Shown here: one piece after another, positions 30,501-37,749 of the stretch
Numbering within the stretch: the stretch's first letter is position 1
How the letters are laid out: every line of letters begins with the position of its first letter
NCBI GenBank assembly: GCA_017853815.1
Contig: JAFMIT010000001.1
Coordinates: forward strand, 1-46,005
DNA length: 46,005 nt
Direction: 5' to 3'
Source of the DNA: Actinomycetota bacterium
GTDB taxonomy: Bacteria; Actinomycetota; Actinomycetes; S36-B12; UBA5976
Program-made: the position numbers and the translations under genes
The notes under the pieces: generated by a model
Seen by the model: only the letters and a program-made list of their open reading frames with translations
The model's database searches: none
What the model was told of the DNA's origin: nothing

Positions 30501-32395
30501 GTGCAGGCGGCGCTGACGTCATCACTGGTAACTCCGGTAATGCCTTCCAGACCCTCTACCCAGGCGATGACGTCCTCATCGGCGGCGACGGTCTCGACTC
30601 CTTCCTTGGTGAAGGTGGCACGGACATTATGGTGGATCTCAACACAGGCAATATCTACGATGGTGGAGCTGGCTACGACTGGGTGACCCGTCGTCTCAGC
30701 AACACCCCAGCTGATATCGACTTGCTGAACGGCAACGTCATCACGCCAGTCCCAGGTATCACTGTTGACACCTTCCTCTTCGTGGAAGCTGCGTCAGGTG
30801 GCTCAGGCAACGACATCCTTCGCGGTGACGACCTCGGCAACGGTGGATTCTTGAACAACGATCTCACCCAGCCTGGCGTTATCACCGGTCTGAGTGCCGT
30901 TCTTGGTGGTGCAGCAACCTTCGCACGAGGCAACATCCTCCTCGGTGGCGCAGGTAATGACACCATCCAGGGCCGCGGTGGCGATGACATCATCGATGGT
31001 GACAAGGAATTGAACGTTCGCATCAGCATCCGTTCAGTTGCTAACCCAGCGTTGGAAATCGCGACGGTTCAGAGCCTCTCTGACATCACTGCCGATCTTC
31101 ACGATCGCATCGTCAGCCCATCACAGTTGGTCGTGGTTCGCGAAATCACCACCACCGGTGTGTCGGCAGACGTTGACACGGCTGTATACCAGAACCTCCG
31201 CGCTAACTACACGATCACTCGTGTGGCTGGCACCACGGATACCTGGACTGTCACCGACAACACAGCTGCCGGTACTGCCGCTAACGGTTTGACCTTGAAC
31301 GACGGCATCGACACCGTGAGCGGTATCGAACAGCTTCAGTTCGCAGATCAGATCGTGACGCTGCCACGCCCAGCAACTGTTGGCGCGGTTACCTTCAGCC
31401 CATCTGACGTTCCAGTGGCTGACAATGCAATCTCGATCAACGCATGGGTTACTCCTTCGGTTGGTGCAACTGCTCAGACTTACACCTGGCAGTACCAGAA
31501 CACCTTGGGTAACTGGATCAACGTGGCTACCGGTAGCCAGTCGTTCATCCCAACCACCGCATACGTTGGCCGTCCATTGCGTGTCGTCTACAGCTTCGTT
31601 GATAGTTTCGGTTTGACGAACTCGTTCAACTCGACACCAACGCAGCCAGTGGATCCAGGTATCGCACTCCCTGCAAACAACCCTGCAACTGGTGCTCCAG
31701 TCATCAGCGATACGACGCCTACGGCGACCTTCGCTCTGTCTGCAGTTACCACATCTATCGCTGACGTTGATGGCATCGCAAGCGCCTTCAGCTACCAGTG
31801 GCAGATTCGCACCAGCACTGTCGGTTCAGCGTTCACGAACATCGCTAATGCAACGAACCCGACATACACCCCAGTTGCTGCAAACGCGGGTTCCATCATT
31901 CGCTTGATGATTCAGTTCACTGATGGCATCGGCTATGTTGAAACTGTGTACTCAGCTGAAACAGGTGTAGTGGGTAACTTCTACGCAGGTACTGCTGCAG
32001 TCGATCGTTACACCGGTACCGCTGGTTCTGACGTCATGAACGGCCTTGCCGGTGCAGACGTCATCAACGGCGCAGCTGGAGCTGACATCATCGACGGTGG
32101 CGTCAACGCTGACACCCTCACGGGTGGCACCGGTTCGGACATCTTCTTGACTGGCTTGACCTTCGGAGCGGACATCATCACTGACTTCGACGCCACGCCA
32201 GCAGGTGGTCAGGACTTCATCGATCTGCGCCCAATGGGTGTCACCGCAGCTAACTTCGCAACGCGAGTTACGTGGGCACTCAACGCAGGTACCGTGTTGA
32301 TCAACGTCAGCAACGGCACCGCACAGGGCACATTCCGACTGAACTCCGTCACGAACGCGGCGCTCATCGACATTACCGACTTCATCACCCTGTAA
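27506..32395 (+). CDS. secreted haem peroxidase (peroxidase-cyclooxygenase / animal-peroxidase superfamily) fused to RTX Ca-binding repeats and Ig-like repeats
   Basis: GTG start after AGAAGGGGAAG. Signal peptide ending ASA|AAP. 'RQVDGRCNSL', 'FGQFFDHGLD', 'GDGRGNENIGLTSIHHIFHSEHN' and 'EFAHAVYRFGHSML' peroxidase motifs. Many GGxGxD nonapeptides in the C-terminal half. Confidence 0.85.
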   Translation: MRLRSVQAITALAAVVIGSLPVIAGVSTPASAAAPEAPHIPLTQTDLEFILDQVMIGEAHANRTRTATGYTTSCLTAADIPAGRLALTYPYQVTQPWGIRQVDGRCNSLVTGQREWGASDNIFPRMVPANYKSPYTVGANVTDPSPRYISNLIADQTSNNPAATAVANRMAAVSSTVTNPTSGLTSTLYELGNVTPDFAVSAPYNSWFTLFGQFFDHGLDLVPKANAGSVLIPLASDDPLYVAGSPTNFMALTRAANTAGESINLTTPYVDQNQTYTSIPSHQVFLREYTLVGGRPYATGALFDGKDNGVTNHGLPTWAEVKAQAAAMLGIQLTDYDVVSIPTVVTDQYGKFTPAANGAAQLLSTAGGLLPGSLASPISTAGAKPTGHAFLDDIAHAAVPFGAGGPKLPDVDSAIGLTGSSATYYDNELLDAHYITGDGRGNENIGLTSIHHIFHSEHNTVMADIQALAATLPNTSTARLSFWQQNIGGQTVWNGERLFQAARMVTEAEYQHLVFGEFARRIQPNLAAFGGYFTTINSDIPAEFAHAVYRFGHSMLNETVARQNEAGVDQSIDLIPAFLNPKSWRQSGTYVNGVNSLGAYNTLTPFQGAGAVAQGMTAQHGNEIDEFTTEALRNNLVGLPLDLPTLNITRARDTGTPSLNEFRRSIYNKTRNVALRPYRSWYEFGTKLRNPESLVNFVAAYSTHPTITAATTRADKRAAAAVLTNASTATGYAFLHNTSTVGLGSAADLENIDLWMGGLAERPALGLLVGLLGSTFDYVFTTTLQNLQDGDRFYYLGRWAGTNFAGELEVAGFSQLVQRNSTASHLPDPVFSKPNCTIEVGTLTFDSVGFAQNAPAGCPGIIQTPTGRIVYDGMANVVFGGTQGANSINAGRQDDTVWGDGGNDDIEGGMGNDFLMGGTGNDVIQDEDGIDVLKGEAGDDVLNGGPGLDIMSGGTGNDALFGGFANAKAMICGAGNDYTYGSNDADAINGDDGNDWLEGAGGADVITGNSGNAFQTLYPGDDVLIGGDGLDSFLGEGGTDIMVDLNTGNIYDGGAGYDWVTRRLSNTPADIDLLNGNVITPVPGITVDTFLFVEAASGGSGNDILRGDDLGNGGFLNNDLTQPGVITGLSAVLGGAATFARGNILLGGAGNDTIQGRGGDDIIDGDKELNVRISIRSVANPALEIATVQSLSDITADLHDRIVSPSQLVVVREITTTGVSADVDTAVYQNLRANYTITRVAGTTDTWTVTDNTAAGTAANGLTLNDGIDTVSGIEQLQFADQIVTLPRPATVGAVTFSPSDVPVADNAISINAWVTPSVGATAQTYTWQYQNTLGNWINVATGSQSFIPTTAYVGRPLRVVYSFVDSFGLTNSFNSTPTQPVDPGIALPANNPATGAPVISDTTPTATFALSAVTTSIADVDGIASAFSYQWQIRTSTVGSAFTNIANATNPTYTPVAANAGSIIRLMIQFTDGIGYVETVYSAETGVVGNFYAGTAAVDRYTGTAGSDVMNGLAGADVINGAAGADIIDGGVNADTLTGGTGSDIFLTGLTFGADIITDFDATPAGGQDFIDLRPMGVTAANFATRVTWALNAGTVLINVSNGTAQGTFRLNSVTNAALIDITDFITL
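30140..31003 (+). repeat. RTX (hemolysin-type Ca-binding) nonapeptide repeat blocks 1 and 2 (coding)
   Basis: Runs such as 'GDGGNDDIEGGMGNDFLMGGTGNDVIQ', 'GEAGDDVLNGGPGLDIMSGGTGNDALFGG', 'GGSGNDILRGDD' and 'GGAGNDTIQGRGGDDIIDGD'. Confidence 0.85.
31382..31972 (+). repeat. two tandem ~92-aa Ig-like repeats (coding)
   Basis: Repeat 1 has '...TAQTYTWQYQNTLGNWINVATGSQSFIPTTAYVGRPLRVVYSFVDSFG'. Repeat 2 has '...ASAFSYQWQIRTSTVGSAFTNIANATNPTYTPVAANAGSIIRLMIQFTDGIG'. Shared Y-x-W-Q ... (T/S)-Y/F-x-P ... G-x-x-(I/L)-R-(V/L) pattern. Confidence 0.6.
32009..32149 (+). repeat. RTX repeat block 3 (coding)
   Basis: 'YTGTAGSDVMNGLAGADVINGAAGADIIDGGVNADTLTGGTGSDIFL'. Confidence 0.8.
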
Positions 32396-32415
32396 GGCTG
32401 ATTCGGTAAGTTCTC

Positions 32416-32462
32416 AATCAGGGCTCGGCACTCCTTCGGGAGTCCCGGGCCCTGATTCTTTT
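32416..32462 (+). terminator. rho-independent terminator after the peroxidase gene
   Basis: Long stem aatcagggc..cactcc ttcg ggagt..gccctgatt (32416-32457) with a TTCG tetraloop, then cTTTT. Confidence 0.85.
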
Positions 32463-32597
32463 GTCTAGAAAGAATGGCGCGTCCATTTTCGGGCGGATTA
32501 TTCGCTGAATATTCGATTTGGAAATGATTCGGAACGCGAATAGTTAATGGTGCCGTTTGGCACTACCAGCGGCGTCGACTCTGCTCTAACTTTCACT

Positions 32598-32633
32598 TTG
32601 CAACCACCACAAGGTCTGATCTACAAAATCAGA
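32598..32633 (+). promoter_or_regulatory. candidate flp promoter with an overlapping palindrome
   Basis: TTGCAA (32598-32603), an 18-nt spacer, then TACAAA (32622-32627). The inverted repeat TCTGAT(32615-32620)/ATCAGA(32628-33) brackets the -10 element. Confidence 0.3.
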
Positions 32634-32653
32634 TGAAGGAAAGCAGAGAGATT

Positions 32654-32830
32654 ATGAAGCGTTTGCTCGCTATGTTTGTTAAGTCAGACGAAGGCGCCAC
32701 TGCGGTCGAATACGCATTGCTCGTCGGTCTGATTGCCGTCGTATTGATTGTTGGCGTTGGCTTGTTCGGTACCAATCTGAACACCTTCTTCAACTCCATT
32801 GCCACCTGGGTACAGGGGATCATGCCGTAA
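32654..32830 (+). CDS. flp: Flp-family type IVb pilin
   Basis: 'MKRLLAMFVKSDEG|ATAVEYALLVGLIAVVLIV...' shows the canonical G/ATAVEY prepilin cleavage motif after a 14-aa leader, plus a hydrophobic stem. The ORF-track ATG 32633 would add 7 aa. Confidence 0.9.
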   Translation: MKRLLAMFVKSDEGATAVEYALLVGLIAVVLIVGVGLFGTNLNTFFNSIATWVQGIMP

Positions 32831-32857
32831 ACGGCCCGGAGCCCTATCGAGCTTCGC

Positions 32858-33343
32858 GTGGTGAAATCGATGTCCCCCAGAGGATTCGCCAAGCGGAGTA
32901 CCCAGCGAGATAGTGGCGCGATCGCGGTGGAATTCGCCCTGGTCGCGCCATTATTGCTGCTACTCCTCGTTGTTGTTATCGACTTCGGTCGCTACTTTTT
33001 CGTCCAAATCAGTTTGAACGCTGCCAGCCATGAAGCTGTGCGCGTCGGCAGTCTGATTGAGATCAGCGGACTTGAAATGCAATCGCTTGCGCGCACAGCT
33101 GCGCCGGGGGCGCCAGGTCTCGCGGTTAAGAACCAAACATCAACGAGTCTCGTTGTTAAGGCATGTGCGAGCACGACTGTCTGCACGCCGACAACGCTTC
33201 CACTCACCAAACTGTGTGACATCAACACTCAACGAGACATCTTGTATGTGACGGTCACGCTTCCATTTGAATGGCTGACGCCGGTGTTCTCGTCGGCCTC
33301 CCCGAATCTCACAGCGCGGGCGGTGATGTTGTGTTCCATCTAA
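32858..33343 (+). CDS. tadE: TadE-like pseudopilin
   Basis: 'RDSGAIAVEFALVAPLLLLLLVVVIDFGRYF' is the TadE N-terminal motif. Confidence 0.85.
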   Translation: MVKSMSPRGFAKRSTQRDSGAIAVEFALVAPLLLLLLVVVIDFGRYFFVQISLNAASHEAVRVGSLIEISGLEMQSLARTAAPGAPGLAVKNQTSTSLVVKACASTTVCTPTTLPLTKLCDINTQRDILYVTVTLPFEWLTPVFSSASPNLTARAVMLCSI

Positions 33344-34458
33344 AGATTGGCCGCCGCAATCTCACCGATGACCATGGGGCGATCGGCCTCATTTTCGCCA
33401 TTGTTGTTGGTAGTGGTGTGCTGTTTGGCTTGCTCGCGATATCCGTTGATGTGGGCAACATCTACACGGAACGCCGTGTGGTTCAGAACGCTGCTGATGT
33501 CGCTGCTGTGTCTGGAGCGATGCAGTGCGCCAAGAATGAATGCACTCAGGTAACCGTCCAAAACCTCATGACTGGATATACGAACCCCAGCTCTCCCGAT
33601 CTCAAGACATCTGTATCGGCGCTGTGCATCAAACAGCCTGCTTCAGCCGGGTGTCCCGCAGTTGGCAGCAAGGCATTGGACTGCCGAGCCGTACCTTCAA
33701 CTCTGTCCAAGTACGTACGTGTCTACACCCGCAGTCTCGATCCCTCGGGAAGTTCGCTCCTGATTCCGTGGATCTCAAACGCCATCGCGACGAGTATCAA
33801 CTCTGGCACCACCGTGACTGCCTGTTCGCAAGCTGCGTGGGGGACTGTGAAAACCGTTCCCGTCTATTACCCGTTTGCGTTACCTGCCTGCGGCTACAGC
33901 GAAGACGCCGATCAGAACTTCAAGGAGTTGCCCTCAACGAACTCCGGTGAAACACGTTGGGCCGGCTGCGCTGTCACCGATCACGACAATCAACTTAAGC
34001 AGTTTCCAAGCTCTCCAACTGGTTTTGTGCAGGTGACGCTTCCGGGAGTCAGTGGCTGCGAAGTGTCGACCGCCGTGTCAATTGGGCAAGTGCTTCAGAT
34101 CAACACCGCGAATGATCAGCATCTGTGCGGCTCCGCCCAAACAGCCATTCCATCGCTGTTGCGAATGCTCGAACAACCTCGCTACATCCCCGTCGTCGAC
34201 GCCGGTACCTCGAACACCGTCACCGTGCGCTTCTTCGTGCAGTTTCGCTTGAAGGCCTTCTATTACGCGAAAACGGGCTATCCAAACGTCGCGCCTTACA
34301 ACACCTCAACATTTTGGAATAACCAAATCCCCTCATGCAACAACAAAGCTGGCAAAGACTGCCTCTACGGGCTCTTCGAACCAGCTGTTTACCCAGGCGG
34401 CGAAATCGATCCCAACGCTCCCGCCCTGGGCATTCAGGCCGTAAGGCCACTCCCGTGA
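33331..34458 (+). CDS. TadG-like (Tad N-terminal domain) pilus assembly/minor pilin protein
   Basis: 'GAIGLIFAIVVGSGVLFGLLAISVDVGNIYTERRVVQNAADVAAVSGA' is a TadG-like N-terminal domain. GTG 33331 overlaps the tadE end. The ORF-track ATG at 33271 is less likely. Confidence 0.75.
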   Translation: MFHLKIGRRNLTDDHGAIGLIFAIVVGSGVLFGLLAISVDVGNIYTERRVVQNAADVAAVSGAMQCAKNECTQVTVQNLMTGYTNPSSPDLKTSVSALCIKQPASAGCPAVGSKALDCRAVPSTLSKYVRVYTRSLDPSGSSLLIPWISNAIATSINSGTTVTACSQAAWGTVKTVPVYYPFALPACGYSEDADQNFKELPSTNSGETRWAGCAVTDHDNQLKQFPSSPTGFVQVTLPGVSGCEVSTAVSIGQVLQINTANDQHLCGSAQTAIPSLLRMLEQPRYIPVVDAGTSNTVTVRFFVQFRLKAFYYAKTGYPNVAPYNTSTFWNNQIPSCNNKAGKDCLYGLFEPAVYPGGEIDPNAPALGIQAVRPLP

Positions 34459-34471
34459 AAGTGAGCCGACC

Positions 34472-35215
34472 ATGAAATCCCGTACCGCGCTCAACGCTGT
34501 TGCAGTCATTTTGGCTGTGGTCGCTGGCATCTCGGTGTACCTCTATGCGAGTTCTGCGGATCGCAGAGCAGCCGATGCACAATCTCCACGTCACGTCGTG
34601 GTGAGCCGACAAATCCTGCCCGCAGGCACGTCGCTGGCTATGGCAAAAGACCAGGGCTGGATCTCTGAGACAACCGTGCCCGCAGCGTCACTACCCGACG
34701 GCGCCGTGACCAAGATTGATGCCTCGAATCAAGCATTGCTCTTGTTGCAGGAAGTTCCTGCTGGACAGATTCTGTTTAGTGCAAACTTGGCAGCCTCCAT
34801 GCCTCAGATCGGCCCGCTCACCATTCCCAATGGTCTGATGGCAGTGACGGTTGAGATGAGTGATCCCGCACGGTTGGCACCGTTCTTGCGTGCCGGCGCA
34901 GAGGTAGCGATCTTCGACACTGTTCAGCTAGCGGCCAACAACACCAGTGCGTCTGTCGCAAGCACCCGCATCATTATTGACCGCGCACTTGTGCTCGGAC
35001 TCGGTCAGACGACCCAGACGAACAACGCGGACGTTGCAGAAGGTGAAGCCAGTGTTTCTGTTGCGCTGGTGACGTTGGCAGTTACCCAACGTCAGGCTGA
35101 GCTGCTCGTGCATGCGGTACAGACGGGCGCTATCTACTTCGCGCTGCTGCGCGACGGCACGACCGTGACAGCTCCTCGCACGATTACCGACCTGTATCTC
35201 TATGGCCAGAAGTGA
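34472..35215 (+). CDS. cpaB: Flp pilus assembly protein CpaB/RcpC
   Basis: N-terminal TM segment, then a SAF-like region 'VVVSRQILPAGTSL'. Position between the pseudopilins and cpaE. Confidence 0.8.
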   Translation: MKSRTALNAVAVILAVVAGISVYLYASSADRRAADAQSPRHVVVSRQILPAGTSLAMAKDQGWISETTVPAASLPDGAVTKIDASNQALLLLQEVPAGQILFSANLAASMPQIGPLTIPNGLMAVTVEMSDPARLAPFLRAGAEVAIFDTVQLAANNTSASVASTRIIIDRALVLGLGQTTQTNNADVAEGEASVSVALVTLAVTQRQAELLVHAVQTGAIYFALLRDGTTVTAPRTITDLYLYGQK

Positions 35216-35224
35216 GATGACACC

Positions 35225-36397
35225 ATGGCTGTAATTCTCGGCGAGGTGCTCGCCAACAGAGACAAGTATGTGGTCGCGGTCGGCGGCGATTTAAGAATGG
35301 TTGGCTCCGCACGCGAGCTGCACACCGATCTAGACCAGCATCCCCAGGAAGATCTCGTCATCATCGGGCCAGACGTGGACATCTCGGCGGCGGCGGACAC
35401 AGCAATTCGTTACCGCGCGTCTAGACCATCGCTTGGCATGGTGCTCGTGCGCCGCCGACTTGAAGTATCAACGCTCAATCAGGCTCTTCGATCAGGTATT
35501 CGTGAAGTCGTTGGCATTGATGACACCACTGAACTTCTCGGTGCCTGCAACCGCTCTATTGCGTTGAGTCGCGAGCTGCGAAGCCATAGTGATGTCAGCA
35601 CACCTGCGTCGAAAGGTCACATCGTCATCGTGTTCTCAGCTAAAGGCGGCTGCGGAAAGACGACGATCTCAAGCAATTTAGCAGCCGCCATTCGAGAGCG
35701 AACTGGTCAGACTGTTGCGCTGGTTGATTTCGATTTGCAGTTCGGTGATATTGGCGTTGCTCTACAACTCGAACCAACTCGATCCATTGCTGACGCTATC
35801 GGAATGCACGCAAACCTCGATGCCCAAGGTGTGCAGTCCATGCTTATCGAGTATCGACCCGGACTGGATGTTTTGCTGGCCCCGCTGCATCCATCTGACG
35901 TGGAACACATCAGCGCAGATATGGCCCAACAGGTGCTGACTCATCTGCAGTACAGCCACGACTGGGTTGTGGTGGATTCACCACCTGCGTTCACTGAAGT
36001 TGTTTTGAGAACCTTCGATATGGCAGACGAGTTCGTGCTCCTCACCACACTCGACATGCCTGCGATCAAAAATCTCAAGGTCACGATGGACACTCTCGAT
36101 GCGCTCGCAATGCCGCGCGACAAGTGGCATGTTCTCGTCAATCGAAGCGACGCTCGCATGGGACTCAGTGTCGAAGATGTCGAAAAGGCGATCGGACTCA
36201 GTGTCAACAACAAGATAGCCTCCTCAAACGATGTGCCAATGAGTATCAACTCAGGCGAAATCTTGTTCTTGTCCAAGCCAAAACATGTGGTGAGTCGTGA
36301 GATTGCTCAGCTCGCTACCGACGTCACGGAGAAATATTCCAAGGCCGCTGGGAACGAAAAGCCCGGCCTTCTCGCGAGAGTGCGAGGTGCGCGATGA
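35225..36397 (+). CDS. cpaE: TadZ/CpaE ParA-like pilus assembly ATPase
   Basis: N-terminal receiver-like domain, then 'IVFSAKGGCGKTTISSNLA' and 'ALVDFDLQFGD'. Confidence 0.85.
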   Translation: MAVILGEVLANRDKYVVAVGGDLRMVGSARELHTDLDQHPQEDLVIIGPDVDISAAADTAIRYRASRPSLGMVLVRRRLEVSTLNQALRSGIREVVGIDDTTELLGACNRSIALSRELRSHSDVSTPASKGHIVIVFSAKGGCGKTTISSNLAAAIRERTGQTVALVDFDLQFGDIGVALQLEPTRSIADAIGMHANLDAQGVQSMLIEYRPGLDVLLAPLHPSDVEHISADMAQQVLTHLQYSHDWVVVDSPPAFTEVVLRTFDMADEFVLLTTLDMPAIKNLKVTMDTLDALAMPRDKWHVLVNRSDARMGLSVEDVEKAIGLSVNNKIASSNDVPMSINSGEILFLSKPKHVVSREIAQLATDVTEKYSKAAGNEKPGLLARVRGAR

Positions 36398-37749
36398 GCC
36401 TCTCTGGACGTCTTGATCGAGCTGACGCACACAACGCCAAGGACTACCTCAATGCTCCGAGCCTGCGGGACACGGCCGTCATTCCGATCATCACTGATAA
36501 CGGTGAACTGAAGGACAAAGTTCAAACCCAACTCATGCAGGTGATTGGTCAGCAGGCGTACTCGGGCCAAATCGAGCCGGCCGTGCTCGAACGGATGGCC
36601 TATGAGGCGATTGCCGAGGTTCTGCGAACCGCAGATCGGCCATTCACCGGGGTCGATCGCGCACGGCTCGTTCAAGAAATTATTGATGACATTCTTGGCC
36701 ATGGACCTATCGAGCCGCTGCTCCGCGATCCAGATGTCACAGAAATTATGGTCAATCGCTGGGACACCATCTTTGTCGAACGTCGCGGCAAGCTGTTCCC
36801 GAGTGACGCAACATTCGACAACGAAGAGCATCTCCGGCGCACTATCGAGCGAATTGTCGCCCGCGTTGGCCGGCGAATTGATGAATCGAGCCCAATGGTT
36901 GATGCGCGCTTGCCAGACGGTTCGCGCGTCAACGCCGTGGTTCCCCCGATTGCTCTCGACGGGTCCTCGCTGACGATTCGCAAGTTCGCCCGAGATCCGT
37001 TTACCTCGGCTGATCTTGTGCACATGGGAACCTTGACGCTGCCGGCGGTTGAGCTCCTCGACGCGTGCATTCGTGGACGCCTCAATGTTCTCATCAGTGG
37101 TGGCACGGGTTCTGGCAAGACGACGACGTTGAACGTGCTGTCGGGCTTCATCCCTCGTGACGAACGAATTATCACCATCGAAGATGCTGCAGAACTTCAG
37201 CTCGACCAGCCACACGTTCTGCGCATGGAATCACGTCCCTCCAATATCGAGGGCAAAGGTCTCATCACGATTCGCGATCTCGTTCGAAACGCTTTGCGTA
37301 TGCGGCCAGACCGCATCATTGTCGGTGAAGTTCGCGACGCTGCCGCCCTCGACATGCTCCAGGCAATGAACACCGGCCATGATGGTTCGATCACGACCGT
37401 TCACGCGAACTCGACCCGCGATGCGTTGTCACGCATTGAAACGATGGTGCTGATGGCCGGTGTGGATTTGCCGGTACGCGTCATTCGCGAACAAATCGTG
37501 CAGGCCATTGATGTGGTCATCCAGCAGTCGCGCCTGCGAGATGGCAGTCGCCATGTCACGGCCATCAGCGAAGTTTTGGGAATGGAGGGGGACACAATCC
37601 AGACTCAAGACATCTTCAAGTTTGAGTATGCCCAAGGCGTGACAGAAGGGCCTCTGGGTCACTTGGCTTCGACGGGAATGGTTCCTCGATTTGAACCACG
37701 GCTGCGCGATCGCGGCATCGAACTCTCAAGGTTGATGTTTGTGCGATGA
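36394..37749 (+). CDS. cpaF: CpaF/TadA secretion ATPase
   Basis: '[10 protein letters not shown]', Walker A '[14 protein letters not shown]', '[12 protein letters not shown]' and '[11 protein letters not shown]'. ATGA overlap with cpaE. Confidence 0.93.
   Translation: MSLSGRLDRADAHNAKDYLNAPSLRDTAVIPIITDNGELKDKVQTQLMQVIGQQAYSGQIEPAVLERMAYEAIAEVLRTADRPFTGVDRARLVQEIIDDILGHGPIEPLLRDPDVTEIMVNRWDTIFVERRGKLFPSDATFDNEEHLRRTIERIVARVGRRIDESSPMVDARLPDGSRVNAVVPPIALDGSSLTIRKFARDPFTSADLVHMGTLTLPAVELLDACIRGRLNVLISGGTGSGKTTTLNVLSGFIPRDERIITIEDAAELQLDQPHVLRMESRPSNIEGKGLITIRDLVRNALRMRPDRIIVGEVRDAAALDMLQAMNTGHDGSITTVHANSTRDALSRIETMVLMAGVDLPVRVIREQIVQAIDVVIQQSRLRDGSRHVTAISEVLGMEGDTIQTQDIFKFEYAQGVTEGPLGHLASTGMVPRFEPRLRDRGIELSRLMFVR

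Noticed and set aside
30140-32149. Short-period DNA repetition that might look like a CRISPR-like or satellite array.
   Set aside because: The periodicity is the 27-nt coding repeat of RTX GGxGxD nonapeptides inside one continuous ORF. There are no identical direct repeats separated by unique spacers.
36307-37215. A 302-aa minus-strand ORF, plus the 36672-37178 minus-strand ORF, opposite cpaF.
   Set aside because: These are shadow ORFs antisense to a highly conserved secretion ATPase gene. They have no motifs and no independent start signals.
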